Shown one piece after another: positions 1 to 12,464 of a stretch of DNA of 64,000 nucleotides. The first letter of the stretch is position 1. Each line of letters opens with the position of its first letter. The DNA lies in the NCBI GenBank assembly GCA_951406725.2, contig OX597833.1:59830001-59894000 (forward strand). Reading direction: 5' to 3'. A model generated the notes under the pieces. The model saw nothing but the letters and a program-made list of their open reading frames with translations. It had not been told where the DNA came from and did no database searches. The position numbers were made by a program, and so were the translations under genes. The stretch comes from Octopus vulgaris. Taxonomy: Eukaryota.

Positions 1-148
1 CCCGTCACTTAGCAGTTTGGCAAAAGCGACCGATAGAATAAGTACTGGGCTTACAAAGAATAAGTCCCGGGGTCAAGTTGCTCGATTAAAGGCGGTGCTC
101 CAGTATGGCCACAGTCAAATGACTGAAACAAGTAAAAGAGTAAAGAGT
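1..148 (+). mobile_element. SINE family A, 3' half (cut by window edge)
   Basis: Matches the 3' half of the ~400 bp repeat at 12064, 53582 and 60898, ending gactgaaacaagtaaaagag. Confidence 0.85.
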
Positions 149-217
149 ATTTAAGATGTTTCACACAAATAGTATAGGATGCATATTGACTCACTCATCT
201 TGGTACCATTCGAGAGA

Positions 218-560
218 GTTAGTTAGTTAATTTTTGGCTCAAAAATCAAAAAAAGCAAGGGGGACATGGAGTTATGTACAGGGTGGTGTTCATGTAAAGA
301 GTTCAGGCCACTAGTGGTCAAGGGAGACTTTGAACCGAGCGGTCGTCGGCATCTTCACCATCTCGTCCGGCAGCTTATTCCATGGATCCGCAACCCGGAC
401 GGAGAAAGACCCTCTCCTTCGATTGAGATGAAATCGTCGCAGATAGAGCTTTTTGGAGTGACCCCGCAGCCGACGCTCTGGAGCAGGAGTGAAGAACAGC
501 TCCTTCGAGAGGTTACACCTTCCGCTTATGATGTTGTGAGCAAGAATGAGATCACCACGG
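218..560 (-). mobile_element. 5'-truncated CR1/L2-type LINE 3' end (ORF2 C-terminus plus (TAAC)n tail)
   Basis: Minus frame 559-311 reads RGDLILAHNIISG...LRGHSKKL...FSVRVADPWNKLP, the RGD/RGH/F..RV...WN.LP signature of CR1-group ORF2 ends. A short tandem tail (gttagttagtta) lies at ~218. Confidence 0.85.
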
Positions 561-1130
561 AATACTATTTTGTTGTTAACTGATGCTTGGCAACAAATCT
601 GTCGACATTTCTAGAAGATGGAGAAAGAGAAGAAAAAAACTCCCATCCCAGTTGTAAGAGGTTAAAGGGTCTTTAGACAGTGACATCATTTTCAGATAAG
701 CAGATGGGGCATCTCAATGATTGTTCTACATGCTACTAAGAGAGGCAAGGAAAAAGGATGATAAATAATAAAATGAAAATAAAAATGTACAAATAGAAGT
801 AACACAGAATAATTATTATAAGGGAATCATAAAAAAAAAAGCAATAAAATGTAAAAGACATAGATACAAGCAGGACACAGAAAACACTCACACACATCAA
901 AGCACCTCATATATATATATGTGTGTGTGTGTATTTTTCAATGTGTACAAATAACAAGGGAAAAATGAATAGGTAGTTACCAGGGTAGCAAAAATTCACA
1001 TAAGTGCCAAGGATATTAAAGCCTACTTATAAAGGTAGAAATTCCAGGGTTAAGTGAAATATAAATTAAGAAAAGGAGTCAGATGTGTTTGACACCATTT
1101 CATAATTTATTCACACACACACATATATAT

Positions 1131-1277
1131 AGGCGCAGGCGTGGCTGCTTCCCAACCACATGGTTCCGGGTCCAGTCCCATGCATGGTACCTTGGGCAAG
1201 TGTCTTCTACTATGGCCTCAGGCCAACCAAAACCTTGTGAGTGGATTTGGTAGATGGATACTGGAAGAAGCCCGTCG

Positions 1278-1310
<33 letters not shown>

Positions 1311-1492
1311 TCTTGTGTGTGTCTGCTTGTTCCTCCACCATCGCTTGACAACCAATGCAGGTTTGTTTATGTCCCCGTAACTTAGTGGTTTGGCAAAAGA
1401 GACGGATAAAATAAGTACTAGGCTTAGAAAGAATAAGTCCTGGGGTTGTTTTCTTTGACTGACACTCTTTAAGGCAGTGCTCCAGCATGGCC
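1131..1492 (+). mobile_element. SINE family A (tRNA-like head, CORE-like ccttgggcaagt, internal (TA)n)
   Basis: Head aggcgcaggcgtggct with B-box-like gggtccagtccc; colinear with more than 15 other copies in the window. Confidence 0.85.
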
Positions 1493-1820
1493 AAAGATCC
1501 CCTTCGGTCATGAATGATCATGGGATTACACCTAGAAAGTTCCCCTCTGAAGCACAAGTCCGGGCAAGGCTTTTTGTGGAAGACCAGCGGTCGCCTTTGC
1601 ATACCAGCTTCCCCACTCCATGCCACTAATGTTATCCAAGGCAAAGGCAAAGGCCGGTACACCAGTGATGTTGCAACTCATTTCTACAGCTGAGTGAACT
1701 GGAGCAAGGTGAAATAAAGTGTCTTGCTCAAGAACACAACGCACAGCCTGGTCTGGGAATCAAACTCACAACATCACGATTGTAAGGTCATTGCCCTAAC
1801 CACTGAGCCATGCGCCTTCA
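1493..1820 (-). mobile_element. CORE-type tRNA SINE, family C
   Basis: Reverse complement matches 61804-62035. The segment cttgagcaagacacttt...cagttcactcagctgtagaaatg resembles the MIR CORE domain. Confidence 0.75.
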
Positions 1821-2189
1821 CATACATATACTCACACAAAGAACAGCTATGGAATTATATTTTAAGATTATAGTTGGCGGAAGTGGCGACGGTGGATTTA
1901 ATGTTGATGATAATGTTGTTATTGAAATCAATTTATTTCTTTCGCCAAATTCTATGAGAAATTTTCCCCTATTTACTGAATTCTCAATCAATAGAGAATC
2001 AGAATTAATTTGACCAAGTTTACACAGAAAACTGTTTTAATTTACTGTTCTTTGTTTTTATGGAAATTTCCTTGTGTCTCTTTGAACCGAGACCTTCACA
2101 GAAGGCAAGCCGTCTCAAAAGAATTATTGACCAACTTCAAGTTTCCATTTTTGGAAAACTACTCAAGTTTTTAGTTGAATCATTTGAAA

Positions 2190-2425
2190 CCTGAGTGGCG
2201 GCCTCTTATTGTTGACCACTCACCACCACCAGTCATCACACCATTGCCAACCACCACCACCATTACACCTTCCTCACTCACTGCCATCACCACAACCCCC
2301 ACCACTATCCTGTCACAACCACCACTCACCACAGCCACCATTCCTATTATCATCACACCATTCCCACTTACCACCACCCCACTTACCACCACCATCAACA
2401 TTTGCCTCCACCATCATCATCATCA
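2190..2425. repeat. Degenerate (CAC/CAT)n low-complexity tract
   Basis: Runs of acc/atc trinucleotides. Confidence 0.8.
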
Positions 2426-2589
2426 CTTACTGTTTTAACATCCCATGTCTGGTGTTGGAAGTAAAAAAAATTGCCATGCTGGTTTTAATTTGGGACTTCT
2501 AATGATTTGTAGACATGAGGTGCATGTGATGTAGAATCCTTCATCCAGATGAAATGAGACCTCAGATTGTATATTTTTTAGCCACAACC

Positions 2590-2715
2590 AAACTGACCCC
2601 TAACTGGCACAGACCTTTCTCGCACTGAGCCCTAACTTACACAAACCTCTGTAACACTGACTCCTGACATAGACATCTGTGACACTGACCCCCCACCTAA
2701 CTGATACTGATCCCA
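2590..2715. repeat. Degenerate ~30 bp tandem repeat (cactgacccctaact...)
   Basis: The actgac/actgag motif recurs about every 30 bp, five times. Confidence 0.55.
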
Positions 2716-2980
2716 AAGATTTAGGATTCTTCAGGTTTTGAACCCCTTGCAGACAGTCTGTGCTGTGCACTGGTATTAGGCCATTCAGTAATTACATAAT
2801 TTGTCATACAAGGAATTTTGCAGTGTATTTACCAATTCCTCTCTGTGTGGTATATTTGAAAACACAGGGCCACACAGAGCAAGACATTGCACTGCTCTCG
2901 CACACAGTGTTCCAATGCGGTCAGTACTTCTTCCCGTCTGCAAGGAGTTAAATATATAAACTTCAGTCTCAGCCCACCTC

Positions 2981-3149
2981 GGACTATGTTAAGACCAAAA
3001 ATTATTTACATCAAAAAGGCGCTTTTTTTCTATGAAAAATCCCTATTTTTTACGATTTTTTTTACTGCTGTGTCGCCATTTTTCGGTGTATTTCAACCAG
3101 AAAAATGTTCACTTAAAGAGAATAACAAGCTGCATAATGCAAAATTTTT
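2981..3149 (+). mobile_element. Internal fragment of the Helitron-like element at 3684
   Basis: Near-identical to 3841-4008. Confidence 0.75.
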
Positions 3150-3683
3150 AACATCTAGTTCTCCCCGTGTTGGTAGTTTTCATAGAAGTGGATAAACAAG
3201 TTATATTTCCTCTTGGTTTGGATGATAATCTACTGTTATAAATAATTTTACAGCTGTGACGAATAAGAATTTAGGTGAGTAAGATCTCGCTGGCCTGCCC
3301 TAAACCCAATGAAATACCTAGACTCAGGCTCAAACCTATAACTTATGGAATGGTAGGCAGTTCTGTACATTATCCATTCTGATACTTCACACATACATAT
3401 GTATGCAGGCATGTGTGTGTGTATGTGTGTTTTATATATACTCCTGTGAGTTAACATGTCATCCCTTGACGACAATGTGACCTTCATTTGACTAAGGTAT
3501 CTTTGGCCTGCTGAGCAGCTAGTGGAGTGCCCCTCGTTTAGATAATTACTGCTTCCAAGGTTCTGCTAGCTAGGAAACATATGTAACCTGGATTTTATCT
3601 GCTCCATTCCCTAAATTTGGATATATATATATATATATATATAAAGGCAGCGAGCTTTAATCTATATATTTAATTTATATATA

Positions 3684-4072
3684 TCTATGTATATAAAGCT
3701 GAAGTTGTCTGTGTGTGGCCGGTTTGGTAGCCTTCAACTAACACTGTCTCCTCCAAGACCCTGCGGTGCAAGTTGACCAAAATTGAGAGTATGATAGAAG
3801 AAGGCTTGCTCTTCCTTCTGTAGAAGAAAAAATTCAAATCGGACCATGTTAAGACCAAAAATTATTTACATAAAAAAGTGCTTTTTTTCTATGAAAAATT
3901 CCTATTTTTTATGATTTTTTGACTGCTGTGTCGCCATTTTTCGGTATATTTCAACCAGAAAAATGTTCACTTAAAGAGAATAACAAGCTACATAATGCAA
4001 AATTTTTACTTTTCAAAAATTCCAATTCTAAAGGGTCGAAGCAAACCTGAGCAATGCCGGGCGATACTGCTA

Positions 4073-4073
<1 letters not shown>
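3684..4073 (+). mobile_element. Non-autonomous Helitron-like element
   Basis: 5' A|TC start, 3' CTAG|T end preceded by a GC-rich hairpin-like stretch; same termini as 52961-53356. Confidence 0.75.
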
Positions 4074-4112
<39 letters not shown>

Positions 4113-4126
4113 GCAGTGAGCTTTAG

Positions 4127-4340
4127 TCATTGTTGCCGAGATACAGAGTGAATCGCAGAAGGTCCTCTACTTGCTTATAGAAAATGACTTCCAGGCCAGA
4201 TTCCATAAGTGGCAGAAACACTGGGACTGGAGTATCGCTATGCAAGGTGACTATTTCATAGGAGATAATCTTAAAACTTAGGTAAATAAGTTATTTTTTA
4301 TTAAACATAACTAGTCTGAGAACTCTTTGATGCCACCTCG
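4127..4340 (+). pseudogene. Mariner transposase C-terminal remnant with putative right TIR
   Basis: Frame reads EIQSESQKVL...ENDFQARFHKWQKHWDWSIAMQGDYFIGD*, matching the mariner W..RW..C....G.YFE end; terminates ...cacctcg|TA. Confidence 0.8.
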
Positions 4341-4976
4341 TATAGTATAAAAAACAAAACAAAAAAAAAAACACTGTATACTTTAAAGCTAGGTGAAACA
4401 AAATTGCCCTAGAAGTGAATGAGAATGAAATATACTGATATTTCACAGTATTTTCTGCTCATCAGTGCCAGATACTTGCCTCACTTCCAAAATGAATTCA
4501 AATTGCTAGTTAGATGTATATGCAGATAGGATAACATCTATCTGCTGATGTGTATATTGTATTGTTGAAGCTGGAAAAGCTTCACAAACTGTTTTGTATG
4601 ACTCTTCATCAGTTTTGAGCATTCAGAACAATTCAAAAATTTATAAGTATGTATAAGTGCTCATGATTGCCAACTCATCAATTAAACATTTGTAGTTGAC
4701 TGGGAAAATATTTTTCAAGATAATTGGGAATTGTTATATATAAAAGCAAACAGCTGTAATGGAAAATTATATAAACGTCAAGGGGAGTTGAATAAAGATT
4801 TTTTAAAAATTAGATATATAAAATGGATAGTAAAAAATTGTAGGGACTGGTATGAAAATATACAGAAATAAAATAAATCTTGTCAGAAGTAAGAGGTTGC
4901 AAGTTATTAAAATAGAATTAAGGTGAAAGTAAGAACTAGAAAATTATAATGTGAGTGAACAAGTAATAGATAAAAG

Positions 4977-4978
<2 letters not shown>

Positions 4979-5031
<53 letters not shown>

Positions 5032-5160
5032 ATGGGCTTCTTTCCGTTTTTGTCCACCAAATCCACTCACAAGGCTTTGCTCGGCCCAAGATGCCATTTA
5101 ATGGGACTGAACCATGTGGTTGGGAAGCAAGCTTCTTAACATGCAACCATGTCTGCACCT
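4979..5160 (-). mobile_element. (CA)n microsatellite plus degenerate family A SINE head
   Basis: About 25 CA units, then aaatccactcacaaggctttg...gggactgaaccatgtggttgg. Confidence 0.7.
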
Positions 5161-5161
5161 A

Positions 5162-5542
5162 CACTTGCGTCAGAAATTAATTAGCACTTCTCAAATTTCT
5201 ACATTAAATAGGTTAAATCAATTAACCTATGAGCTATTCAAAACGTCTTACGCGATGAGAAAACTTAGTATGGTGTGATTTCGGTCCTTGCGAGGCGCTA
5301 CCTATATCTATTAAACAAAGGAAGATTTGTCTGCATCCTGCACTCCAAGTTGTTGTTGCACTGCTATGTCAACATCATAAGGCTGTAGACTCTCAAACTG
5401 CTCTGCAAACAAAGTTACGTCATCGTTCTGCGCAACAGTGAACTCGCAACAAAGCAATAGTTCGAGATATGGCCACTAGGTGACAGAACATACCTTGAGT
5501 GAAGAGCAAATCAAGGGTGCTAATTAATTTCTGACGGTAGTG
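5162..5542. mobile_element. Tc1/mariner-type MITE
   Basis: 26 bp TIRs cacttgcgtcagaaattaattagcac / gtgctaattaatttctgacggtagtg, flanked by TA on both sides. Confidence 0.85.
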
Positions 5543-5564
5543 TATATATATATATAGATAGATA

Positions 5565-5740
5565 GATCGTTAGCCACTACGCACATTTTTTTCTCTCCTT
5601 GTTTTCTGTGTTCCTTTCTGTGGAAGAGCGTAGGCTCAAAACGTAAAAGACATTTTCTATTCCTGGGAGTTATGCTAATACATCTGTTTGTTTTGTACAC
5701 CACCTGTCTTCGTCTTTTGTTTTTTTCTGTAAACTTTCCC
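5565..5740 (+). mobile_element. Penelope-like short repeat P1 carrying a mutated hammerhead fold
   Basis: Homologous to 45158-45337, embedded in (TA)n; cttt-CTGTGGA-a-gagc-gtag-gctc-aAAAC-GTA-aaag at 5614-5649 with G12 changed to A. Confidence 0.65.
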
Positions 5741-6359
5741 TATATATATATATAAATTAAATTAGAGATAAAACCACTATTAGGCAAATCAAACTGAAAA
5801 ACATAAACCAAAACATAAAAATAGAAATAATTAATATAATATTCAAAATATATAGAATATAAAATTTTAAAATTTAAATTATTTAAATTTAAAATTAAAA
5901 TTATTAATTTATATTTATAAATTTTTATTTTTTATTTATTTTTTAAAAATTAAATATATATAACTATCAAAAGGTATTAAAAGCTTTAATATATATATAC
6001 ATACATACCTACATACACACAGATGAGTGGACATATATATATATGTAGGCTGCTGGAGGTTTCCACTGTTTTTTATAAACCACTCATTGCTTTCTTTCTA
6101 ACCTTCTAAGGACCCTAACCACAAGTAAAGGAAGTCCCTTGAGAGAATTAATAGATATGTAGTACATGTGAATCCAAAGGCACAGTTTTCAGAAACACAA
6201 CAGTGTTAATAGTGAATATGTTTGTTGCTCTTCAAACATGTTGTTGGATGTTGGAACTTACACTGGGCTTCTGTCAGTATCTCCTTCCCTTTTATCTGAC
6301 CCCAATCTTGACTGTTCCACCATGGGGCACCAATCACTCATCAGTCAATACTCTACTCC

Positions 6360-6570
6360 TGGGGGCCGGTAGAACCGTCAGAACATTGGACAAAATGCTT
6401 ACCGACATTTCTTCCATCTCTTTACATTCTGTTTTCAAACCTTGCCAAGGTCAACTTGGCCTTTCGTCCTTTTGGAGGTCAATAACATAAAAACCAGTCA
6501 GATACTGAGTTTGATGTAACTAACACCCTCCCCCCTAAATTTTTAGCCTTGTGCCAAATTTGAAACAATT
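6360..6570 (+). mobile_element. Degenerate SINE family B
   Basis: aggtcaacttggcctttcgtccttt central domain and tgaaacaatt(att)n tail. Confidence 0.65.
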
Positions 6571-6585
6571 ATTATTATTATTATT

Positions 6586-7072
6586 GAGTGAGAGAGCAGT
6601 TCATGCCATCAAAGTGACACTGGGGTAAAATATACGAAGCCCAATATACCCATCATGACTACCCGTCTGATAAGGGTACACCAGGCACATGCATCACAAC
6701 CATATGTGTGCGACATGGTGATCTCATATCAAGATAAACAGCACATGACCTTGCAGGTGGGGCCCAGTTAGAATTTTCTTCAGGTTGAGTAGCCCATCCT
6801 GCTCAAAAGGTCCATGAATAAGGGTTGTTTAAGGATGTTGAAAGAACCACCCATGTTTCCAGAGGTGAACTATTCAAACCTCAAAGAATCCCTCTCAACA
6901 CATGGCTATGATGCTCCCCCACTACTTCTGCTCGTGATCAGAGATGCACATATCGTCAGCCACTATGGGACATACTCAACTGGTTAAGGTCAAACAACTG
7001 ACAAGCAAATCTGTGGTATTGAGCAGAATATTTGCTGTAGCCCATCTTTTATACCAAGACAAAACAATGTAC
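6586..7072. mobile_element. ~490 bp non-coding insertion inside an (ATT)n tract
   Basis: Mixed-base sequence bounded abruptly by (ATT)n on both sides; no TIR and no ORF. Confidence 0.55.
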
Positions 7073-7099
7073 ATTATTATTATTATTATTATTATTATT

Positions 7100-7315
7100 T
7101 AAGATGGTGAACTGGCAGATATTTTATCATGCTGGACCAAACGCATAGAAGCATTTCATCCATCTATATGTTCAGAATTCAAATTTCACTGAGGTCAGCT
7201 TTGCTTTTCATGCTTTCAAGGTTGATGAAATAAGTACCAGTTGCGCACTGGGGTCAATGTAATTCATTAGCTCCCTCCCCCAAACTTCCAGGCATTGTGG
7301 GCTAATGTAGAAAGA
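7100..7315 (+). mobile_element. SINE family B, degenerate
   Basis: aagatggtgaactggcaga head; gaggtcagctttgcttttcat...taagtaccagtt domain. Confidence 0.7.
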
Positions 7316-7327
7316 GTTATTATTTCA

Positions 7328-7520
7328 GAATTTGGCACAAGGCCAGTGGTTTCGAGGGGAGGGGTTAATCAAAAACCATTGACCTCAGTACTTGATTAGT
7401 ACTTTAATTTTATTGATCCAGAGAGGATGAAAGGCAAAGAGGACCTTGGTGGGATTTGAACTCGGAATGTAGTCGGAACAAATATCACAAAATACTTTAA
7501 CCGATGGTCAAATAATTCTC
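7328..7520 (-). mobile_element. SINE family B, degenerate
   Basis: ggatgaaaggcaaag...tttgaactc is the reverse complement of the family B domain. Confidence 0.65.
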
Positions 7521-7568
7521 TTGGACTGTGATGGTATTGGTTATGGAGCAATAATTTCCTTCAGGACT

Positions 7569-7786
7569 AAGGCAGTGAGCTGGCAGAGTTGTTAGCACAT
7601 CAGGCAAAATGCTTAACAACATTTTGTCTGTCTTTACATTCTGAGTTCAAATTCTGCCGAGGTCAACTTTGCCTTTCATCCTTTCAGGATTGAAAAAATT
7701 AGTACCAGTTGAGCAGTGGGGGTCGATGTAATTGACTTATCCCCTCCCTCAAAATTTCTGGCCTCGTGCCAACATTTGAAACCAAT
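7569..7786 (+). mobile_element. SINE family B with 15 bp TSD
   Basis: atttccttcaggact is duplicated at 7554-7568 and 7787-7801. Confidence 0.85.
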
Positions 7787-8048
7787 ATTTCCTTCAGGAC
7801 TGTCGGACTGTCTTTCACCAAACATCTGGCTTTGGTGATAGGACTGAAGCGTGGGGGAGACAGAGCTGACTCTCAGGCTCTCTACTACCACCTTCACCAT
7901 AACCATCAGTACCACCTCCACCACGACCATCAACGCTGCCTCCACCACAACCATCAATGCCACCTCCACTATACATTGTTCGAGTGAATAAATATAGAAA
8001 TCTATTACATTTTTATTGATGTAACTTTTACTGCAAAGACTGGTACAC

Positions 8049-8082
<34 letters not shown>

Positions 8083-8102
8083 GTAATAATAATAATAATA
8101 AT
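8049..8102. repeat. (AAT)n microsatellite
   Basis: Direct reading. Confidence 0.95.
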
Positions 8103-8639
8103 GTTGCTAGAAAGTTAAGGGTAAGGCACAGAGTGTCACCAGTAACAATAAGGAGGTGGAGGAGAGAATTAATAACAATGGTAATTGTTGCTTCTTTAAT
8201 GAGATAAAAGCTGGAAGGAAAATGGAAATAAAGTGTGCATGTGTGTGTGTGTGTGTGTGTGTGTGGTGGGGAACAAATGTAGTGAATGTGAAGGGGGTGA
8301 TGGTGGCGGTGGTATGAGGAAGAGAGAACAGTCAGTTTTGCATTCATTCCCCTCTAGTTGTTGTGTAGCGTAAGCAAGCAGCCTGGTCAGTGTTACTCAC
8401 TGTACACCATTGAACGGTTATCGATTTCCTCCCCCTCTTCCTCTTCCTCCTCTGCCTCCTCCCCTTCCTCCTCCTCCGTTTTTCTTCCTTCCTCGCAGTG
8501 TTCAGTTTGAAGTAAAGATGTCAGTAAAACACAGACCTCATCATCCATGTTAACTCTCGGAACGTTCTGACATGGAGCTTTTTAACCGTGATGCGGGGGG
8601 GGGGGGATGTTTGCGGTGCGTGGAAGCGACACGCATGTG

Positions 8640-8804
8640 ATATGGTGTGTGTGTGTAACATGTGGTGTGTGTGTGTGCGGTTGTATGTAAGGTAGTGTGT
8701 CTGTTTGTGTATGTGTGTGTGTTGTGTGTGTGGTTGTATGTAATGTAGTGTGGTTGTTTGTGTGTGTGTGTGTGTGTGGTTGTATGTAAGGTAGTGTGTC
8801 TGTT

Positions 8805-8839
<35 letters not shown>

Positions 8840-9262
8840 ATGTGTGTGTGTGGTTGTATGTAATGTAGTGTGGCTGTTTGCGTATGTGTGTGTGTGGTTG
8901 TATGTAAGGTAGTGTGTCTGTTTATGTATGTGTGTGTGTGTGTGTGGTTGTATGTAATGTAGTGTGTATGTGTGTGTGTGTGTGTGTGTGTGGTTGTATG
9001 TAAGGTAGTGTGTCTGTTTGTGTATGTATGTATATATGTGTGCGTATGGAAATCCTGGAGCATTGTACCATGTAGCTTCATTGTGTTTTGGTGTATGCAG
9101 TGGGTGGTTGGTGTATGAATGTATGCATGTGTGGTATGTGTATAGGAAATCCTGGAGCATTTCGACATAGTCAGCTGTGTGTGTGTCCGTGTGTCCTTTA
9201 TACATCATCGTCATAGTCAGCTGTGTGTGTGTCCGTGTGTCCTTTATACATCATCGTCATTC
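8640..9262. repeat. Compound (TG)n-based minisatellite with short direct duplications
   Basis: ggttgtatgtaa(g/t)gtagtgtg unit recurs 7 times between TG runs; duplicated catagtcagctg...catcatcgt at the right end. Confidence 0.85.
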
Positions 9263-9562
9263 TATATCTGTACAGCTGTTTTCCCATGTTTGTATGGATT
9301 GGTGGATGGGTCTACTGCAGCATAATGCTTTTGTGTATGTCTGTGTGTGTGTGTCTGTGTGTCTGATTTTGGTTGGTTTAATATTATTCAACTATATCTG
9401 TCTCCTGTTTTCCTGTTAATAATTGCTAGTTATGTTTCTCATAAAATGAGGACTTGTATGTTTGTGTGTGCACACATACACACACACACACACATGTATA
9501 AGCACTTGTGTATATCACATACAGACGTGTGTGCATGTATGTATATATATATATATATATAT

Positions 9563-10075
9563 GTTCGGCAAAAGAGACCGATAGAATAAGTACTAGGCTT
9601 ACAAAGAATAAGTCCTGGGGTCGATTAGCTCGACTAAAGGCGGTGCTCCAGCATGGCCACAGTCAAATGACTGAAACAAGTAAAAGAGTAAAAGAGAGAA
9701 AAGAGTATATATATATATATATATAGGCACCTTGGGCAAGTGTCTTCTACTATAGCCTCGGGCCGACCAAAGCCTTGTGAGTGGATTTGGTAGACGGAAA
9801 CTGAAAGAAGCCCGTCGTGTATATATATATATATATTATAATAAGAGATATATATATATATGTGTGTGCGTGTATATTTATGTGTCTATGTTTGTCCTCC
9901 TAGCATTGCTTGACAACCGATGCTGGTGTGTTTACGTCCCCGTCACTTAACGGTTCGGCAAAAGAGACTGATAGAATAAGTACTGGGCTTGCAAAGAATG
10001 TCCCAGGGTTGAGTTGCTCGACTAAAGGCGGTGCTCCAGCATGGCCGCAGTCAACTGACTGAAACAAGTAAGAGT
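9563..10075 (+). mobile_element. Two tandem family A SINE pieces
   Basis: 3' half at 9563-9705, then a 5'-truncated copy at 9726-10075. Confidence 0.8.
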
Positions 10076-10083
10076 GTATATAT

Positions 10084-10135
<52 letters not shown>

Positions 10136-10420
10136 ATTAATCAATATAGGGTGGCAAAAAAAAATTTTGTAGAATTTTTTTTGCCACCAGCGGCCTAGTG
10201 GGAAAAAATTAAATAGTCATAGACCATTTATAAGTTCAACATCACAATCAAGGAACGGCCATAATAGGCCATTCACCCACTAGAAATAACAGCCAAAGCT
10301 TTAACCGCAAAATAACATTAATTCCGTAAACCAGGAGAAAATTAAAAAAACATTTACCAAACTGTTCTTGATTCATTCCTTACCATTTAACGGTTTGCTT
10401 TTAGAAGAATCTGCCTGTTG

Positions 10421-11389
10421 TATTACTGCTACATCATGCCTGATTGATTTTGCATGCGTGTGTGTATGTATGTATGTGTGTATGTATGTATGTATGTATG
10501 CATGTATGTATGCATGCATGTATGCATGTGTCTATGTATGTATGCATGCATGCATGTGTATATGTATGCATGCATGTGTCTATGTATGGTATTACTGCTA
10601 CATCATGCCTGATTGATTTTGCATGCGTGTGTCTATGTATGTATGTATGTATGTATGTATGTATGCATGTGTCTATGTATGTTTGTATGTATGCATGTAT
10701 GTATGTATGTGTGTGTGTGTGTGTATGTATGTATATATGTATGTCTGCATGTGTCTATGTATGTATGTGTGTATGTATGTGTCTATGTATGTATGCATAT
10801 GTATGTATGTGTGTATGTATGTGTCTATGTATGTATGCATTTGTATGTATGTGTGTATGTATGTATGTATGTATGTATGCATGTGTCTATGTATGTATGT
10901 ATGCATGTGTCTATGTATGTATGTATGTATGTATGTATGTATGCATGTGTCTATGTATGTATGCATGCATGCATCTATGTATGTATGTATGTATGCATGT
11001 GTCTATGTATGTATGCATGTATGCATGTGTATATGTATGCATGCATGTGTATATGTATGCATGCATGTGTCTATGTATGTATGCATGTGTCTATGTATGT
11101 ATGTATGTATGCATGTATGTATGTATGTATGTGTGTGTGTGTATGTATGTATATATGTATGTCTGCATGTGTCTATGTATGTATGTGTGTATGTATGTGT
11201 CTATGTATGTATGCATATGTATGTATGTGTGTATGTATGCATATGTATGTATGTGTGTATTTATGTGTCTATGTATGTATGCATTTGTATGTATGTGTGT
11301 ATGTATGTATGTATGTATGTATGCATGTGTCTATGTATGTATGTATGCATGTGTCTATGTATGTATGTATGTATGTATGTATGTATGTA
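10421..11389. repeat. Compound (TATG)n/(TGCA) satellite
   Basis: ~950 bp of tatg/tgca/tcta units; a unique ~42 bp motif is duplicated at ~10422 and ~10591. Confidence 0.9.
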
Positions 11390-11850
11390 TCACATCTGCT
11401 ATTTAACCTCACCTGGCTCCAAACTAAATTACCCTCACAAAGAAAGCTAACGTCCTCCACAAATAGTTCCTTTACAAACTCCCTGCATAAAAAAACAATA
11501 GAAGTACAAGAATAAAAGAAAAAAACTACCAAAGTATGTTATGTGGGTGGTGAGAGTGAATGGGGCTAATGAAGAAATAATGAAAACGCGACATAAACTG
11601 GAAACCTCTCATCGTCAGCAGCCTTATTAGATATCATAGTTTCAACACCAAAAGGCAGGACTGCTCCATGTTATAGTGTGAAGATTGTTTTAACGTGGCT
11701 TAGTGGGATGTATGTATATATGTATGTATAAGTGCATGTGTAAATGTGTTTATGTATGTGCTAGTATCTAGTATGTGTTAGTAATGTGTGTGTTTATCGG
11801 CAGTGTGTTGTTGGCGATTTCTTTTTTGTCTTTGGACTTTTCCCTTCCTC

Positions 11851-11885
11851 GTTTCTGATGAAGAGCTATGCTCGAAACATCAAAG
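11851..11885 (+). ncRNA. Minimal type I hammerhead ribozyme fold in Penelope-like repeat P2 (~11790-11965)
   Basis: ttt-CTGATGA-a-gagc-tat-gctc-GAAAC-ATC-aaa. Confidence 0.6.
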
Positions 11886-11996
11886 ACTCTCTTTTTACCG
11901 AGTGTCAAATTAATACATTCCTTGTGCATGTCCTCTTGTCTGTTATTGTTAATTTTAATGTTTATTTATTTAAATTGACTATATATACATACATAT

Positions 11997-12054
<58 letters not shown>

Positions 12055-12063
12055 TAGATAGAT

Positions 12064-12464
12064 AGGCGCAGGAGTGGCTGTGTGGTAAGTAGCTTGTTAC
12101 CAACCACATAGTTCCGGGTTCAGTCCCACTGTGTGGCACCTTGGGCAAGTGTCTTCTACTATAGCCTCGGGCCAACCAAAGCTTTGTGAGTGGATTTGGT
12201 AGACGGAAACTGAAAGAAGCCCACCGTATATATGTATATATGTATGTGTGTGTGTGTGTATGTTTGTGTGTCTGTGTTTGTCCCATCCAACATCGCTTGA
12301 CAACCGATGCTGGTGTGTTTATGTCCCGTCACTTAGCGGTTCGACAAAAGAGACCGATAGAATAAGTACTGGGCTTACAAAGAATAAGTTCCAGGGTCGA
12401 GTTGCTTGATTAAAGGCGGTGCTCCAGCATGGCCACAGTCAAATGACTGAAACAAGTAAAAGAG
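12064..12464 (+). mobile_element. SINE family A, full length
   Basis: Head, internal microsatellite and tail all present. Confidence 0.9.

Noticed and set aside
266-583. Plus-strand 105 aa ORF
   Set aside because: It is the antisense shadow of the CR1/L2 LINE fragment on the minus strand
4580-4616. Minus-strand CTGATGA-agagtc (similar cores at ~11615 and ~39630)
   Set aside because: No closing stem II followed by GAAA
10444-11515. Long ORFs of 200-320 aa here and at 8521, 21944, 23219, 48538, 49728, 57766 and 62974
   Set aside because: They are translations of TA/TG/TATG microsatellites that lack stop codons in several frames
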